This document shows, in pieces, positions 31,194 through 48,901 of a stretch of DNA of 64,000 nucleotides. The first letter of the stretch is position 1, and each line of letters begins with the position of its first letter. The notes beneath the pieces are model-generated. The model saw only the letters and a list, made by a program, of their open reading frames with translations, was not told where the DNA came from and ran no database searches. A program made the translations under genes and the position numbers. Source of the stretch: the human T2T-CHM13v2.0 reference genome, Homo sapiens; assembly GCF_009914755.1 (NCBI RefSeq), contig NC_060946.1; one strand, 5' to 3'.

Positions 31194-33675
31194 TGAGGCA
31201 GGAGCAGCCTCCCCCTGGAGGCCAGCTCAGGTGGCAGAGGCCCGGTCTGCCCCGGGTCTGCGGAGCCGAGGGCAGGTCTCTGGTGCGTAGGTTGCTGGGC
31301 CTGGCTCTCTCTCAAGCTTGTTTGCTGTTTGGGTCCTCCTCTTTGGGGCCAGGGCCACACGCACCTCTGCGACATTAGCTTGGTGCCTGTGAGGGGCTGG
31401 GTATCTCAGGAGATCGCAGCAGGTCCTAGCACTACCCTGTTGCATTCTTCAAGGACTCCCCGCAGCCCAGTGTCTGTGGAGTGGGGCGTGAGGTGCTGCC
31501 TCCCATGTTGCTGCTTAGAAGGACGCAGCCCTGGAAACCCTCACTGTGGAGTCTCTGAGCCCCTCATCCGCAGAGCAGCAGTTGCTGCTGTTTGCACAGA
31601 CAGCAAATCCGGGGCATGTTTGTTTAGTAAGATTACCTCTGCTGGGGCCTGGCCCAAGGGACAGGCCAGGCACAGAGGGGTGGGGGCTCTGTGCATACTG
31701 AACACCCCCCCGAGAGTGGCTCTGTCTACAGCCGGACCACTCTGGAAGTGACGGCACTGCGGGCCTGGAGGGCTGGGGCAGTCCAATTGGGCACCATACC
31801 CTCACAAACAACACACACACCAGCGGTGGGGTTGCGAGGGGGCGCTGAGGGAGGATCCTGGCTGCCCTGCTTAAGCCCTGCAGCCTGTGGGGCTGTGTCC
31901 ACCCGGGTCGCATGTTGCTTCTACCTGCACCGTGGCCCCACCACACAAGGTGCCGTCCTGCCCTCCAGTCAACTTCCTGGGGCTCTGAGCAGCCTGTGGT
32001 GGCACCTCACCTGGGCAGAGGGTGGGAGGAGCAGCGCCCTTCCTTCTGTGCAGGGAGTCTGATCAGGGTTCTGTCTCACTGTGGGACAGTGGGGGCCGGG
32101 GAAGAGCGGCAGGTACCAAGTGCAGACAGCAGATGTAGATGCATGCGGGGGTCCGGGCTGGGGCCAAGAACACAGCCCTGGAGTCAGGGACACCGGCTTC
32201 ATGTCCTCACTCTGCCATTCAAGAGCTGGGGGACCTCGGGCAGGTGGTGTAGGAACAGGGAGGAGTCTGCCTGCAGCACGCAGAGGAGGGCTGTGCTGGT
32301 CAGGGGGTGTTTTGGGGAGAGGACCTCAAAGGGAGGTTGACTTTGGGAAAGGGGTCAGAGTACAGAAAAAGTGGGTCCAAATCCTGCTTCAGCACTGAGA
32401 CCCTGCCTCGGCAGGGGTCTCCAAGCTTGGCTCCACCCCCTGAGGGGCCAGTTACTGCATACCTCGCCCACCCAGGAGCTGGGGGCCCTGGTCCTGTTTC
32501 CCAGGGAGCTGTTGGCACTTGTGGGCTCCTGGCTGGGGTCCAGGTGGGCTCTGCTCCTCTGCCCTGCCCAGCGCTTTGTACTGAGCCCATCCTGCAGAGA
32601 CTCAACGGGGCCAAACGCACATTCCTTGACCTTCTGTGAGTCTGTCAGTCTTCATCCCTCCCTGGACCTAGGAAGGCCTGGACAGCTTTGACCATTGGTG
32701 TTGGGTGGACATGGCGCTGCGCTGCACCCCAGGCCCTCAGAGCCCAGCTGTTCTGCTTTCTGCTTTTGGTCCTGAGCTGCCTTGAAGGAATCTGACCAGC
32801 AGGGAGAGCCCACGGAGCGGGAGGGCCTGTGGGGCTCAGCCCTGCAGCCGGTCTGCCGAGGCCAGGCCTGGGGGCACAGCTGGGGCTGAGTACACTGAAT
32901 GCCCCCTCGATGCCATGCACAGCAGAAGAGCTGCCCACACCGCCCTGCTGGCTGCCCTCCTGCCCGGGCTCCAGACCCACAGACCAAGCACACAAGAGAC
33001 TGGGCTGCTTTGTCATGCAGCAGCAGGTAGCCGGACACATGTTTCCCCATTCCCCTGCCATCCTCTGAAATCCTGTGGGGAGAAAGCATGTGAGGTCCAG
33101 TGGGGGTTGGGGTGAGGGTCTGACTGGGGGCTTTCTAACCCACGTCTGAGTCCCATCCGGCGCCAGTGCCACAGTGGCGGGTGACTGGTGCTGCTCACAC
33201 TGGCAAGCTCCTACCTAGACTTTGGAGCCCAACTCCACAAGGCCCCTGAACTACCCCTGTAGGCACCGCAGCCCCCTTGCCTTCCTCTGCTACGACATCA
33301 ACCACTCTGATGGTATTTGTGGTTTGATGTGTTTAAGTAAAAGGCTTGTTGCAGAGTTTAATTGACCCCATATGTCTGCCTGAGGAGGCCGTGAGCTGCA
33401 GAGGGCAGGTGTGAGCTGGGCTCTTTCCTCAGTCCCCATGTCTTGCTGGGTACTCACAGGGCACACACGAGCACGTGCGGCAGGGGCAGGGGCCAGCGGG
33501 GGATGGGGAGGCTTGGCGCCCACGGCCCCGCTGCCCCATGTTTCCACTGCAGCCGAGGAGAAAACGAGGACTTTACGGCTGTCACAAACATTTCATCTTG
33601 TGCATTTTACAGTCCACGACTGCTGTGAACACTGGGGCTCCTGTCGGAGCTAGAAGATTCATAAAATGCATGTGA

Positions 33676-34133
<458 letters not shown>

Positions 34134-37100
34134 TAAACACTCTCCCCCTTCTTCCTTCTCCCTCCACATCTCAACTGCTGGAAGGGAAGAGCTCCTCAGT
34201 CTACTTGGAGTCCCTCCTGCACAAGAGGATCCAGGGTGGTCCAGGAGGGCCAAACCCACCTCTTTGGGTGCACCCCTGGGCAGTGGATTGGGGATCCAGG
34301 GCTTGTGGGGGTATGCACCCACCAGGGCAGGTCCCTCAGGCTCACTCTCCCTGCGCCTCAGTTTCCTCTCCTGAAAAATGGGCTTGTGACTAAATGTTGC
34401 AGGGAGCTGCTGAGAAAACGCCTGCTGAAAGCTTGGCAGGAGGTCATTGTGACCAGGGATGGGGCTGGGTGCTTCGGTCAGGCCAGGGCTGGAGGCAGGG
34501 GCTCACACTGGGGTCAGGCAGTGCAGGGGCGTGGCTGGCGTGGCAGGCGCATGGGGATTGGCTCATCAGTTGCGGCCTCACGTCCCTTCGTTATGGCGCC
34601 TGCAGAAGATGTTCTCTGATTAGTCTGCTGAATTATGAATTAGGTTCCGGGTCCCTGTGCAGCTGTTCCCGGCTTGTCATCCCCACCACTTTATTTCCCC
34701 ATCTGTTTATAAAACCAGGAGCGCCGTCCTGCAATAAACACTTCAAACGCTTTTTTTAGGGGCTAATTAATTGTGTTGCATTTCTTCGACACAGCATGCA
34801 GGCCGGACCTGCCCCGAATTCCCAATGCGGGTGTGGCTCCTGCTGAGCGCCTGGGGAGGGAGCCAGGCCTGGAGCCTGGGGGGCTGCATGTGGCCGCCCC
34901 AAGTTTGCTTTCTCCAAGGCAGCCCTCCACCTTTATGTGGCGGGCTGGGCTGTCTCAGGAATGCGCCGGCCATGTCAGGTTCCCCCTAGATTCCCCCTCC
35001 GCACCCTTTGGCTGAAGTCCTCCTGCTCGGACCATAGGACACTCTTGAAATTATCTGTGGCACATCCAAGGTCAAGGTCACGCCCTGCTGCCAGCTACAG
35101 TGCTGACCCTGAGGGCTCCACCTCCCAGGCCCACTGAGCATCACGCTGTCTTCCCTGCCTTGCCTGCCCAGAGCACCTCTGCCCTCCAGGACCCCCTCAG
35201 CGAGTGCGGTGGGCGAGTGCAGTGGGTGGGTGGCCCATCTAGGCAAGCCAATCTCTCCTCGGATCCGTGCACCTCTTTGGAGAAGGCCTCTGGGAGCCCC
35301 AGCCCTGCTGTGCACCCTGAGGCCTCACTCCGTCTGAGGAACCCAGAGAGCATCGCGGAGGAGGCTTAAAACAATGACAATAAGAAAACAAAATCACAAT
35401 CACCAAGTCACGAAACAGCTCAGAGGCAATTGAGTTAGGCAGCCCCCTGCCAGTGCCCAATGCCGGTAAAGTGGCTCTTTAGGAACTGAGTCCTAATGTG
35501 GGCTGCGCAGCGGGTCAGAGGAGGTGTTCAGCCTGTGGCCAGGCATTGGGGCCCCAAGCCAGTCCTCCACTGCGGACAGAACCTTGCCCAGCTGCAGCTG
35601 GAGCCTGAAGGCATCCACTGCGTGCATCTGGAGGGGTCGGGGGTTCTTTGTCCCCAAGGCCACTGTGGCTCCTGTGGGCCACCGTCATGTCCACTGGGAC
35701 TGGTGGGAAACTGGGTCTGGGGACTTGTACCCTCCGCTTCCTCATGTCCTCATCCTCAGGTGCCCTCCCAGCCCTTCAGGGGTCCTGTTTTCCAGCTGTG
35801 GGCAGGATGTTGCTCCTCTGCCCTGTCTGTCCACGACTCAGGGTGCCAAGGCTGGTGGAGCCTCCCTGCAGCCCCAAGGGAGGAGGCTGGGGCCAGAGAC
35901 GCCCTGGGGTGGGGCACGTCTCTTCCCAGTGAACCTCAGATCCCTCGGGCGCCCACGCTCCCCACTGAGGGCCTGGGGCCACAGCACTCTGCCTGTGAGG
36001 GGTGGGCCCTTGGAGGCTTGGGGACATGCGCGCCCACAGGCACGTGGGGAGAGCCTGCTGAGCGCTGTCTCAGTGATGGTTCCCCACACTGGCCCCTGAC
36101 ATGGGGCTTGGTGTGGCAGCTTGTTGGGGAGGTGGTGCGTGGAGCAGGATGGGGACCGGGAGGTGGTTGCTGTGGGCTCTGCGGGGCGTGAGGGCCGGTG
36201 TTTGCCCCAAGCTCAGTGCCTGCCTGTGACCACACCAGCTCATAAGTGACCTCTGGGTGGCCCAGGGGTGAGCGGAGAGGGGACCTGAGCAGGCAACACG
36301 GGCCTGGAGAGGAGCTTTGTCTCTCTAGGAGAAGGCAGCCTGTCCTGCCAGACCTGGTATCACGCCACCCCAAGGCAGGCCCCGCAGAGCCCTCGGGAGC
36401 TCCACTCGGAGATGGAGACGCGCTTCCCTGTGTCGGGGCTTCGCTCAGAACATTTTTATGGGCTGTTAATTGTTATGCTTTCATTTAATTCTGGGTGTCA
36501 TTCCATGTCAGCCAAGCCCGACAGGCTGGGATTTATGCTTCCAAATTATGGGGCTCGGGCTGTTCAGAGGTAAAACAATTACCCATCAATCAGCCACCAA
36601 CCGGCTTGTGCTGGGGCTGGCAGCCCCATTAGCGGGCGTGGGCAGCCATGGCCCAGCAAGACCCCTTGAGGGACAGGACTGCCTTCGAGGGCAAGGCAGT
36701 CTGGGTGAAGTCTCGCCCCAGGTTGGCCCTGTGCTGTGGCAGGGCGCAGCTCTCTGGGGAGGCGGCCGCTCAGGGAAGGACCCCAGGGTCCACATTCACA
36801 CCCAACTGGCTCCAGTGCTGCAGCCCTCGGCCTCCCATATGATGGTGTGACCCTAGGTGGGCTGAGGGTGACCCGCCGGAAGACGCTGCAGCATCAAGGT
36901 GGGGGGACCATGGGTCCCATATGCTGGGGCCTGGGGAGCCTTGGCCAGCCATGGTCACTCAGTGGGAGGGGCAGGGTCACCTGCCTCCTGAGCACCCCAT
37001 CCCCAGGAGGGAGGGACCAGGTGTGACCCACTTCACAGGGAGGGAAGCCTTGGCTGTCAGAGGGGACACTGCGTCTCTCACTGGGAGGACCTCCCGGCCT

Positions 37101-38567
37101 GGGCTTGAGGCCCACCTGGATCTGTGCAAACGTAGATGTGGGTAGGGTGGGGCAGGGGAGGGGAGGTGGGCAGGGGAGGTGGAGTGGGCTGGCTGTCAGC
37201 TCAGGAGTGGGGGTCGGGGAACCTGGGCCACAGAGCGGATCCTGTCCCACCTTGACCCTGGTATGGTTGAGTCGGCGGCTAAGCCAGGCCCCGTGGTCCT
37301 TCACCCAGGGAGAGCCTGTGCCAGGCCAGGCACTGCCAGGCCAGCACACAGCCTTGACTGAGCGCCTCCCCGTCTCAAGTTGTCTCCTGGATGCCCGGCT
37401 GGCTGCTCATGGGGACAGGGGCAGGATGGGACAGCGAGAAGAGGTGGGCTCCCCCAGCCCCAGTGACCCTCCAGGCCAGGGATTGGCTTCTCTCCCTGCA
37501 GAGATCGCCCTTCCCTGCCCCTCTGCCCAGCTGCCCTGGGACTTGTGTCCCAGCCCTGCCCAGCATTCATCCTGGGTGATCTGCACGTGGGCATGGCGCC
37601 TCACCGGGTCAGGGTGGTGTCCAGGTGAGCAGGCGGAGGACTCTCCTCACTGCCCAGCAGTGTCCTGCTCCCCCAGCTGCTCTGACAGCCAAACTGGTCC
37701 CCAGCTGGGGCATCTCACGCCCAGACCTGCTGCCCGTTGGTGCAGTGCAGCCCCCGCCAATGCAGACACTGTACCTCGGTCTCCGGGACCCCCTCTGCCC
37801 CTGCAATTCGACGCTCTGCTCCTGCCCTGCTGGGATCCCACGTCCCTGGACCCTCCCTATGGCAGTCTCGCCCCGCGACCCTGCTACAGGCCTGCCCTGC
37901 CACCCCCGGGCACACTCCCTCATCCAGAGTCTGTGCAGTCACATGTGGACCCCTGAGGCCGGCCTGCGGCTCCCTGCTCACGGGCGGCTAAAAGGGGGCT
38001 TTCCAGTCACGCCCTGCCCTGGCCTTCTGCCTAAGGCCCTGGCCCTCATGGGCCAGGCATGGTCCTCAGGCCCTTGGCTCTGCCAAGGCTCTGAGACCCC
38101 ACCCTAGAGAGACCCTGGCCCACCCAGCCTGGCCCTGCAGCAGTGCCCCAAGTGCCCCCGAGCCCGGCCTGGCTGCTGCCAGGGTGACCACCAGGGGCAG
38201 TAGTCAGATAGAGGGCGGTGGCCGGGCCCAGTGTGTCTGGGTGACCGCAGGGCCTGAAGGTGTGGTGGCCCACCCGGGTCAGAGTGAAACTGAACTCCTA
38301 GGTCAGGGTCGGGTCCTCCCAGGGTCGTGTCCTCTGGAACTTGGGGCGAGTCACTACGCCTCAGTGTCATCGTGGGCAGAACCTTCCACATGTGGCATTG
38401 AAATCTTTCAAATTGAATAGGAAAAGCCCCACGTTTTCTGAGCCCTATATATAGACCAGTACTGTCCTAAGTGTATTCTAGGGAAAGACAGTGGCCAGCC
38501 CTGTAGCTCAGTTATTTCTGTTTAAAGTGTGAACGGGCTGGGTGCAGTGCTTGAAAATCAAGCATGA

Positions 38568-38975
<408 letters not shown>

Positions 38976-41819
38976 TGAACATACAGGGCAGACCAGTGTC
39001 TGTCCCCAGTGCCTGTGCTGGGGGTGACTTTCCAGCTGGGGCTCAGCATTGCGAGTGGGAAGACCTCCTGGGGCCAACATGGCTTGGATTGTGAGGGCAC
39101 GTGGGTCGCCGTGGGGCCAGAGTCCAGCAGTGGCAGAGCTGCACAGCAGTGGGGAGGGGCAGGGCAGGGCAGGGAGAGGGCCCCGGCTGGCCCGGCTGGC
39201 CCAGCCTGCCCAGGGCTGCACGGTTTCCATCCCTGTCCCCAGCTGCAGTGGGACACCTGCCATGGGGGAGGCTGGGGGAGGCCTGGGGTGGCGCCTTGGG
39301 CTCTCAGCCAGGAGTTCGCTCTCTCCAGGTCAGGCTGGCAGAGCAGCCCCAGGGCCCCTGCACCCCCACTGCCCATGCCCACCTTGGGCTCTCTGATGCC
39401 CGGCAGGGCCTCTGGGCTTCTCCCTCCCAAGCTTGGGTGGCAACGCTGGCATTTGGAGCCTGGGGAGCTGCTGACAGTGCTGGTCCTGCCCGCGAAGGAG
39501 GCGGTGCCAGGCTGTTTGGAAATGTCAGGCTGATGGGTGGTGGCACTGCCCAGCACCCCACCCCCGCTCCCACCCCAAGAGGCTGGACACGGGCTGGGGC
39601 CCCGGTGATGGAGCCAGGCCAGGAGCCAGGAGATGCTGCTGAGCAGGGATAGCTGGCTGAGGGCTCCTGGGCGGCAGGGGATCCGAGGCTGATGGACAAG
39701 GGGCCTCTCCTTGCCACCGCAGCTGCGGCCTTGGTGGGCCGGTCGATGCGGAAGAGTGATGGTGCACGTGGGGCCGTGGGGTGTCGGAGGGAGGTTTATT
39801 GATGTCGGCTGATTTCCCTGGGGGCCCCTTGCTGGCAGCAGCCACCATGCTCCCCGAGAGCTAACCGTATCAGGCCGGAAGGGTGGTGGGCAGTGTGATG
39901 GATGGACTCCGGCTGTCGGCTGGCTGGGCCTGGATGGAGCCCCGAGATGGGCACACTGGGCCGTGACAAGAGTGCCGTGGGGTCCCTGGGGGAGCCCAAA
40001 GAGGCCTCTGAGAGGGTCTGTGCTGGGAGGTAGACCTGAGAGAGGGGAGACACCATCCCAGGGTGGGCACAGGCATGGGGCAGAGGGCACGTGACGCCAA
40101 CCTAGGGCCCCAGGGGGTGGGACGGAGGGGCCTGGTTCTGGGGCATTGGGAGAGGCCTGGGACTCTGGACCTGGTCTGTCTTTCTTGTCCCCAGTGTGAG
40201 CACCAGCCCTTGCAGCTGAGCCCTGGGAGGCGCCTCCTGCCCACGCAGCAAAGCTCAGAGCTCTGTGGCCTCCTCTGGGCTCCTGCACAGCGGGTTTGCT
40301 CCCAGCTGCTCCCCTGACACGGACACCTTCAAGGGCCACGTGACTGCCATCCCCAGGCCTTGGCCCTCGATGAGGAAGGGCCCTTCTCAACCTGTGGCTC
40401 TGAAATAGGTCTCATGATGGTGCCAGTTTAATGACAGGAGCAGTGGCTAATCCAGTGGTCATTATTGCATGGGCTGTCATGCCCTTCTCTATCCGTGCTC
40501 CCTGAAGAGGCGAGGGTCCACTGCCGGCTGCCACACAGAGAAGCATGGCCACAGAAGGAGGCTCCTCTGCTCTGAGTGGGATGTTGGCTCCTCGGGCCAC
40601 ACTGGGCTGGAGGACAAGGGGAGGCAGGGGTGGGAGGGCCCTGGGCTGGGGTGGATGGGGTGGGCCTCACAGATGGCATGGCCCTGTGGACAGCGAGTGG
40701 CTTTTCCTCCCCAGGTCTCGTCCTGAGCCCTGCTCCTCCTCCTGGCCTCCCCTGGCCCCACACCTCTCCCACTGGCTTCCTTTCCTGGCCTCTTTCTCTC
40801 TGCTCCTTGTCTCCATCTCTCATTCCTCTGGGCCTTGCTTCACGGAGTCACCAGCCCGTGTGACAATGTCCACTTTCCCTGGCCTCATGTCTCCAACTTA
40901 GTGTGGGACCTGCCTTTCCAGGCTCTTTGGCCACATGAGATCATGGAAACACATGGCTGCTGTACCCACGCTGACCTGGCTCAGCCCTGGCTCATGATGC
41001 TTCCTGTGCACCCTGGTCCCATCTGTACCTCAGTTTACCCATCTGCCACACAGGGCTGAGGGCATCTGCCTTGTGTGTGGCGGTCAGGCTGGCCCAGTGA
41101 CCGCCGAGCCATTTTGGCTTCCTCAGGTCTGGCCACTGTGAAGGACATGGCTGTGCCCCCCGTCTGCCCTGTGTGGCCCTGGGCACATTAACCCATTCCA
41201 TAAGCCTGGTCTGCAGACGAGCGCCCACCGGGCTGGCAGTGCCTGAAGAGTCTCGGGCGACGTCCACTCACCTCCCAATCTGGTCCCAGCTCTGCTCAAA
41301 CTCAGACTGGAGGATCCCCCAGGGCAGTGACTCCAGTTCAGAGTGTAGCTGACTGCGTCCCTGGCAGCCAGGCACGGCCCAAGGTCCAGAGCTGGAGACT
41401 GACCCCCCTGTGTAGGACCTCTGGGAAGTCCCCAGGACCCAAGACGGCTCAGGGCTAGTGAGGTAGGGACAGGTGGCTATTTCAAGCCCCCAGCGGGCTT
41501 CCTGCCTGGGGCACCTGGGCACAGTGGAGAAAGATGGCTCCCGGCAGAACACATGCCCCCATCCTTTGGGGCCAGATGCCTTGGGTTGGGCACGGAGCAG
41601 GGCCCCCAGCAGACACAGAGGCCAGGGTGGGAAGGGCCAGGGCACCGGGCAGTCTCTTGCCCTGTGTCAGGGCTCCAGGCCTATGGTGGGGCTGGGCCTA
41701 CCCACCCTGTCACTTTCCCCATACGGCTTTGGGGTCCCAGGGGTTCAGGGGCCCCTCCTGCCTGACCCAGCCTTAACTTTTTGTTGTTTCTTCTCATTAC
41801 AAAAGAAGCATGTTCAAAA

Positions 41820-42290
41820 GAACCCCACAGTCCTCCATGAACCCCACAGTATCCCGTGAACTCCAGAGTCCTCCATGAACCCTACAGACTCTCATGCACC
41901 CCACAGTCCCCCATGAACCACATAGTCCCCTATGTACCCCACAAGCTCCCATGTACCCTATAGTCCCCGATGCACCCCACAGTCCCCTATGTACCCCACA
42001 AGCCCCCATGCACCCCACAGGCCCTTATGTACCCCACAGGCCCCCATGCACCCCACAGTCCCACATGCACCCCACAGGCTCCCATGAACCCCACAGGCCC
42101 CTGTGCACCCCACAGTCCCACATGCACCCCACAGGCCCCCATGAACCCCACAGGCCCCCGTGCACCCCACAGTCCCCTATGTACCCCACAGGCCCCCATG
42201 TACCCCACAGTCCCCTATGTACCTACCCCACAGGCCCCCATGCACCGCACAGGCCCCCATGAACCCCACAGTCCCTCACAGCCCCCATGC
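41820..42290. repeat. 19-bp minisatellite, ~25 copies
   Basis: Unit ACCCCACAGGCCCCCATG(C/A/T); gives 19-aa periodic ORFs in all frames. Confidence 0.93.
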
Positions 42291-42926
42291 GGGGAAAGGG
42301 CCTCACTTCTGGCCGCTGACTGACTTGCCAGTTTCCTGGAGTTCTTTATCCAACTTTCAAGGTTGCTGAGTCCCGGGAACACCTCAGAAACCTCACGAAA
42401 CAGTGACAGGTTGTCAATCAAGCAGCAAGGTTGACATGTTTGAGCAACGTTCAGCCTGGGAGGCGCTGGGGCCAATTAGCAGAGACTCCCAGGTAGCAGA
42501 GCCCCCGGGCTCATGGCTGGGGGGTGGATGGTCAGCCCTGACGCTGCTGCCCCCACCCGAGGATTTCTCCCCAGCCATGGACTTGGGGCTGAGGGATTCC
42601 TGTATCCTCCCGGCCACCTGGACAGGGTCCCCGCCGTGGCCCGGCCTAGGGCGTTGGCTCAGACCACACCTGCCCAAGGATGGAGCCTGACACCCAGGAA
42701 GCAGCTCCTTGCAGCGCCCTGGGCCTCCGTGGGGCCCCTCTTGGCAGAGTGACCTGGGGACCAACCCCCTTCTGTGAGGCAGGTGAGGATGCTGCCTTGT
42801 GGGCTGAAGGCCAAGGGGAAGAGGCATACTGGGGCCACTCAGGCTGAGCAGTGGTCACAGCGGCCACCCCTCCCTCTCCAAGGCTCTGGCGACCACTGTT
42901 CTGTTTAGCCCCTACCCCTCCCCACC

Positions 42927-43203
42927 TTTTAAAAAGACAGGGTCTCGCTCTGTCACCCAGGCTGGAGTGCAGTGACACAATCAGAGCTCACTGCAGCCTC
43001 CAACTCCTGGGCTCAAGCGATCCTCTTGCTTAAGCCTCCGAGTAGCTGGGACAACAGGTGTGTGCCACCATGCTCAGATAATTTTTTTAAAATTATTTTC
43101 TGTAGAGATGGCGGTCTCACTTTGTTCCTCAGGCTGGTCTCAAACTCCTGGCCTCAGGCAATCCTCCCTTCTTGGCCTCCCAAAGCCCTGGGATTATGGG
43201 AGC
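42927..43203 (-). mobile_element. Alu (AluJ-like)
   Basis: GACAGGGTCTCGCTCTGTCACCCAGGCTGGAGTGCAGTG...CCCAAAGCCCTGGGATTA. Confidence 0.88.
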
Positions 43204-46200
43204 CAGGTTCCCAAACACTCTCTGCTCTTCCCTCCACCTGGCATCTCCCTCCCCAAAGCTCTGCCCCATCCTGAAGTCCCCACTGCAGATGCTGCCCCTC
43301 CCAGAAGGTAGCTGGGCATGGGCTCTGCAGCTGCAGAGTTATGGACTGGGCCTCCCTGGGCAGCTTCCTGGGAGCTGCACCATGCACGGGTCACGGGACC
43401 CTCCTGGGTAGGTTGAACTGGGAGGCGACAGAGACCCTTCTAAAGTCCCTATGCCGGGTGCTGGGCTGTAGTCACATGGTGCCCTCCCCAGGAATCCCTG
43501 AGGGGTGGGTGCGTCTCTCTCAGCAGCACCAGCAAGGACCAGCGGGGAGGGGTGAGCATCTTTGTTCTGTCCAAGAGCCTCTTTGGAGCACGAGCACTTG
43601 CCACATGCAGGAGAGAGCCATGTTCACTTTCCTTTTATGGCTGAGTTTGAGATGTCTGGATAGAGAGTTATCAGCCAAGGCACTGATAAGGTCTGCGGGG
43701 GGAATATACTGTAAAGGGCTGAGCCTGGAGTGGGGGCTACCTCTCCTGCTCGGGCTGGTGTTGGGGGTTGGGGTGGGCTGGGTGAAGCTGCCACTCCTGG
43801 CCTGGATATATGGAGCCCTGGGCAGTCCTGCCTGTCCCATGGCTTTGCTGGACACAACAAGAACTGCCAGATGTCATTTGTGTGGGAATCATTTTGCTGT
43901 TTGAGCGAAGTTGGATTTGTTAGTGTGCTCACCAGTGTGGATGGATGAGGTCTGACCAGGAGGCTGCCTGTTGTCTGTCTTTCACAGAGGGCCCTCCACA
44001 CCCAGGGTAGAGCTGGGGAGAAGGAGTCCTGGGGAAATACTGAGTTAAACAAGGCTGATGTATCCTCTGCAGGACTTCTCAGTGCCTTTAGCATGGCGGG
44101 TGTAGGTGAGTCTAAGAGATGGCCAGGTAGCCTAGGTGTGGATATCACCAGGCTAGGGCTGCTGTCTGTCTCCTCTGCTCACGCTCCTGTGCAGGGAGGG
44201 ACTTGAGGGTGGGCCTGGGGAAACTGTGGAAAGTAGGAGTCTCTGTCCCCAGACACTGTCTCTGAACTGGGGCCAAGATTCAGTCATTTCATGTCCCCAC
44301 TAGGCAGTGCTTACAGATGTTGCCCAGTATCAGCTGCATTGATTAAAGGAAGAGCTTTCTGACCATCAGGTGGGGGCGCTCTCCTGGTGAGTGGGGCTGG
44401 GAGGCAGAGCCCTGTCCTCCGCGGTGTGACTGGGACGTAATCCCCTCCTGGGGCTGAGTGGAGCAGGGGCTTGCGCCTCCCGCAGGCCTAGCTGTGTGGG
44501 ATCTCATGGCACTCTGCTTTTATTCTGTTTGCTCCAATACCTTCTGCTTGCCACCTGCGATGCTTATTTTCCATTTCCAGTGGTGCTGTAAGACTTCCTT
44601 TCAAAATATAATCACTTAAGTTAAAAAAGCCCATTCGAAGAAAGCCCTCGAGTAAACAATAGTGGAGCAGGTGGGCAGGTGGAGCTGGCCCTTGGCCGGT
44701 GTGTGGGCTGGGGGCAAGTGGGAAGGGACAACGTGGGAAGGAAAGGGGAGCAGGGGGTGTGGGACCCTCCCTGGGAAACTCCCAGCCCGCCCTGGCCTCT
44801 GTTACTGCCTGGCCCTGCTGAGCTCCCTGGGCTGCTGTCTGGTGGCCAACACTGGCGTTGGCTGCCCACATGCCATGGGGTCTGCACACAGCAGGGGCTG
44901 GGGGACAGCATCACAGGAGGAGGAAGGCCACCTGTCACAGGAGAAGGAAGGGCACACAGAGGCTTGTCTGAGCCCCACGTGAGGATTAACAGAGGGGATG
45001 CATTGCAGTAAAGAGCACGAAGCTGCTGTGACCTTTGCCTCTGACCGCCCACCTTGCAGGGCCACGCCTGCACGTAGCCTCTGGGCAGGTGCCATGGGGT
45101 CTGCCAAGGCTGGCATTGGCTGCCCAGATGCTGTCCTGCCCTGAGGTTCCATAGTCTTCCGGCCACTGTGGCCTCACACTGTGTCCAGCTATGCTTTTTA
45201 TTTACCTGTTAACCTCCCAGCATACTTATTCATGATAACAGTGACAGGGAATGGGGCGAAAGTCTGAAGTGTCCTTCACCAGCAAGGGGCTGGTGGAAAA
45301 GTGGGACTCCTGTCTGAGGCCACTCTGGGTGGTGTCTGTGTCCCAGGACTCTACAGCCAAACCCAATGCAGCTGGGGGCCTTCCATCCACAGACCCACAT
45401 GAGCAGTGGTAAGGACCTGCTATATTGAGCCAGCTCCTCACACACGCCCTCTTCCCAGAGGGTAAACTGAGGCCCAGGATGTTGCCTCTTGCCTGAGGCT
45501 GCATGGCTGGGTGGAGCCAGGCCCTGACCTCTTTGCTTCTTCACCTGCCCAGGGCAGGTGTTTGGATGTTGAGTCGACTGATGCCCCAGGGCGCCAGGCC
45601 CTCCTTCCATCTCACGGTCCCTGCCCCTGAGGCCCGTGTGTTGGGGCTGGGTGGAGGTGGCCCTGTCTCCCTTCCAGGTGAGTGGTGCGCACCCTGGTGA
45701 GCAAGGACCCCAGGCCCTGGCTGCAGGGCCTCCCTGTGGCTGGAGGTGTCTTCCACACGGCCAGTGTCCGGCACGAGCACTCTGGGGTCGGACACTTGAG
45801 ATGGGCTGGAAGGAGGGGGCATAGAGCCTTGCACAGACAGGGGCAGCTCAGGCCTGGGTTTGAATCCTGACCTAGGCACCCTGTGGTGAGGACAGCCACA
45901 GGCTGAGGACACTGGTGTCCAGCATGTGCCCAGCTGTCACCTCCACCCTGGGTTTGGCATGGGGCTGGCAGCAGGCCCAGGAGGGATGGGAGTCAGAGTG
46001 TCAGGGAAGCAGTGGGAACTCGGGACACTCTGCTGCTCCATGGGAACAGCATTGGCCCTGTGGTGTGGGCAGCCTCAGCAACTGGGCAGGGGCTGTCAGA
46101 GCCCAGGGGATGCTCCCAGAAAGTGGGATGGGAGCCCAGAGCCCACAGCCCCTGATATCACTCAGCCTGGGAGCAGGCCCACTGCCTCCACCGTGCAGAC

Positions 46201-46476
46201 GAGGAAACTGAGGAGGGCCCTTGGGTCCCCTGCCCAGGCCTCACAGAGAGCAGGTGACAGCTGGAGCCACCCCAGGCTTGTCCACCCCCCTGAAGGGATC
46301 CCCAGGTGCCCACCCTCTTCCTGCCATCTGGGGGCATGACTCCTACTGCTGACTTGAGAGTGAAGCTACCGCCACCGCCTCCCTCCACACCTGGGCCAGC
46401 CTGGGCCATGCCAGGGGCATGCCTGCTTCTGGCCCCATGGGCCTACTGGTCTTGACCATTAAAAAGCATGTGTTGG

Positions 46477-47347
<871 letters not shown>

Positions 47348-47363
47348 AAAAGGCATGTATTGG

Positions 47364-48901
<1,538 letters not shown>

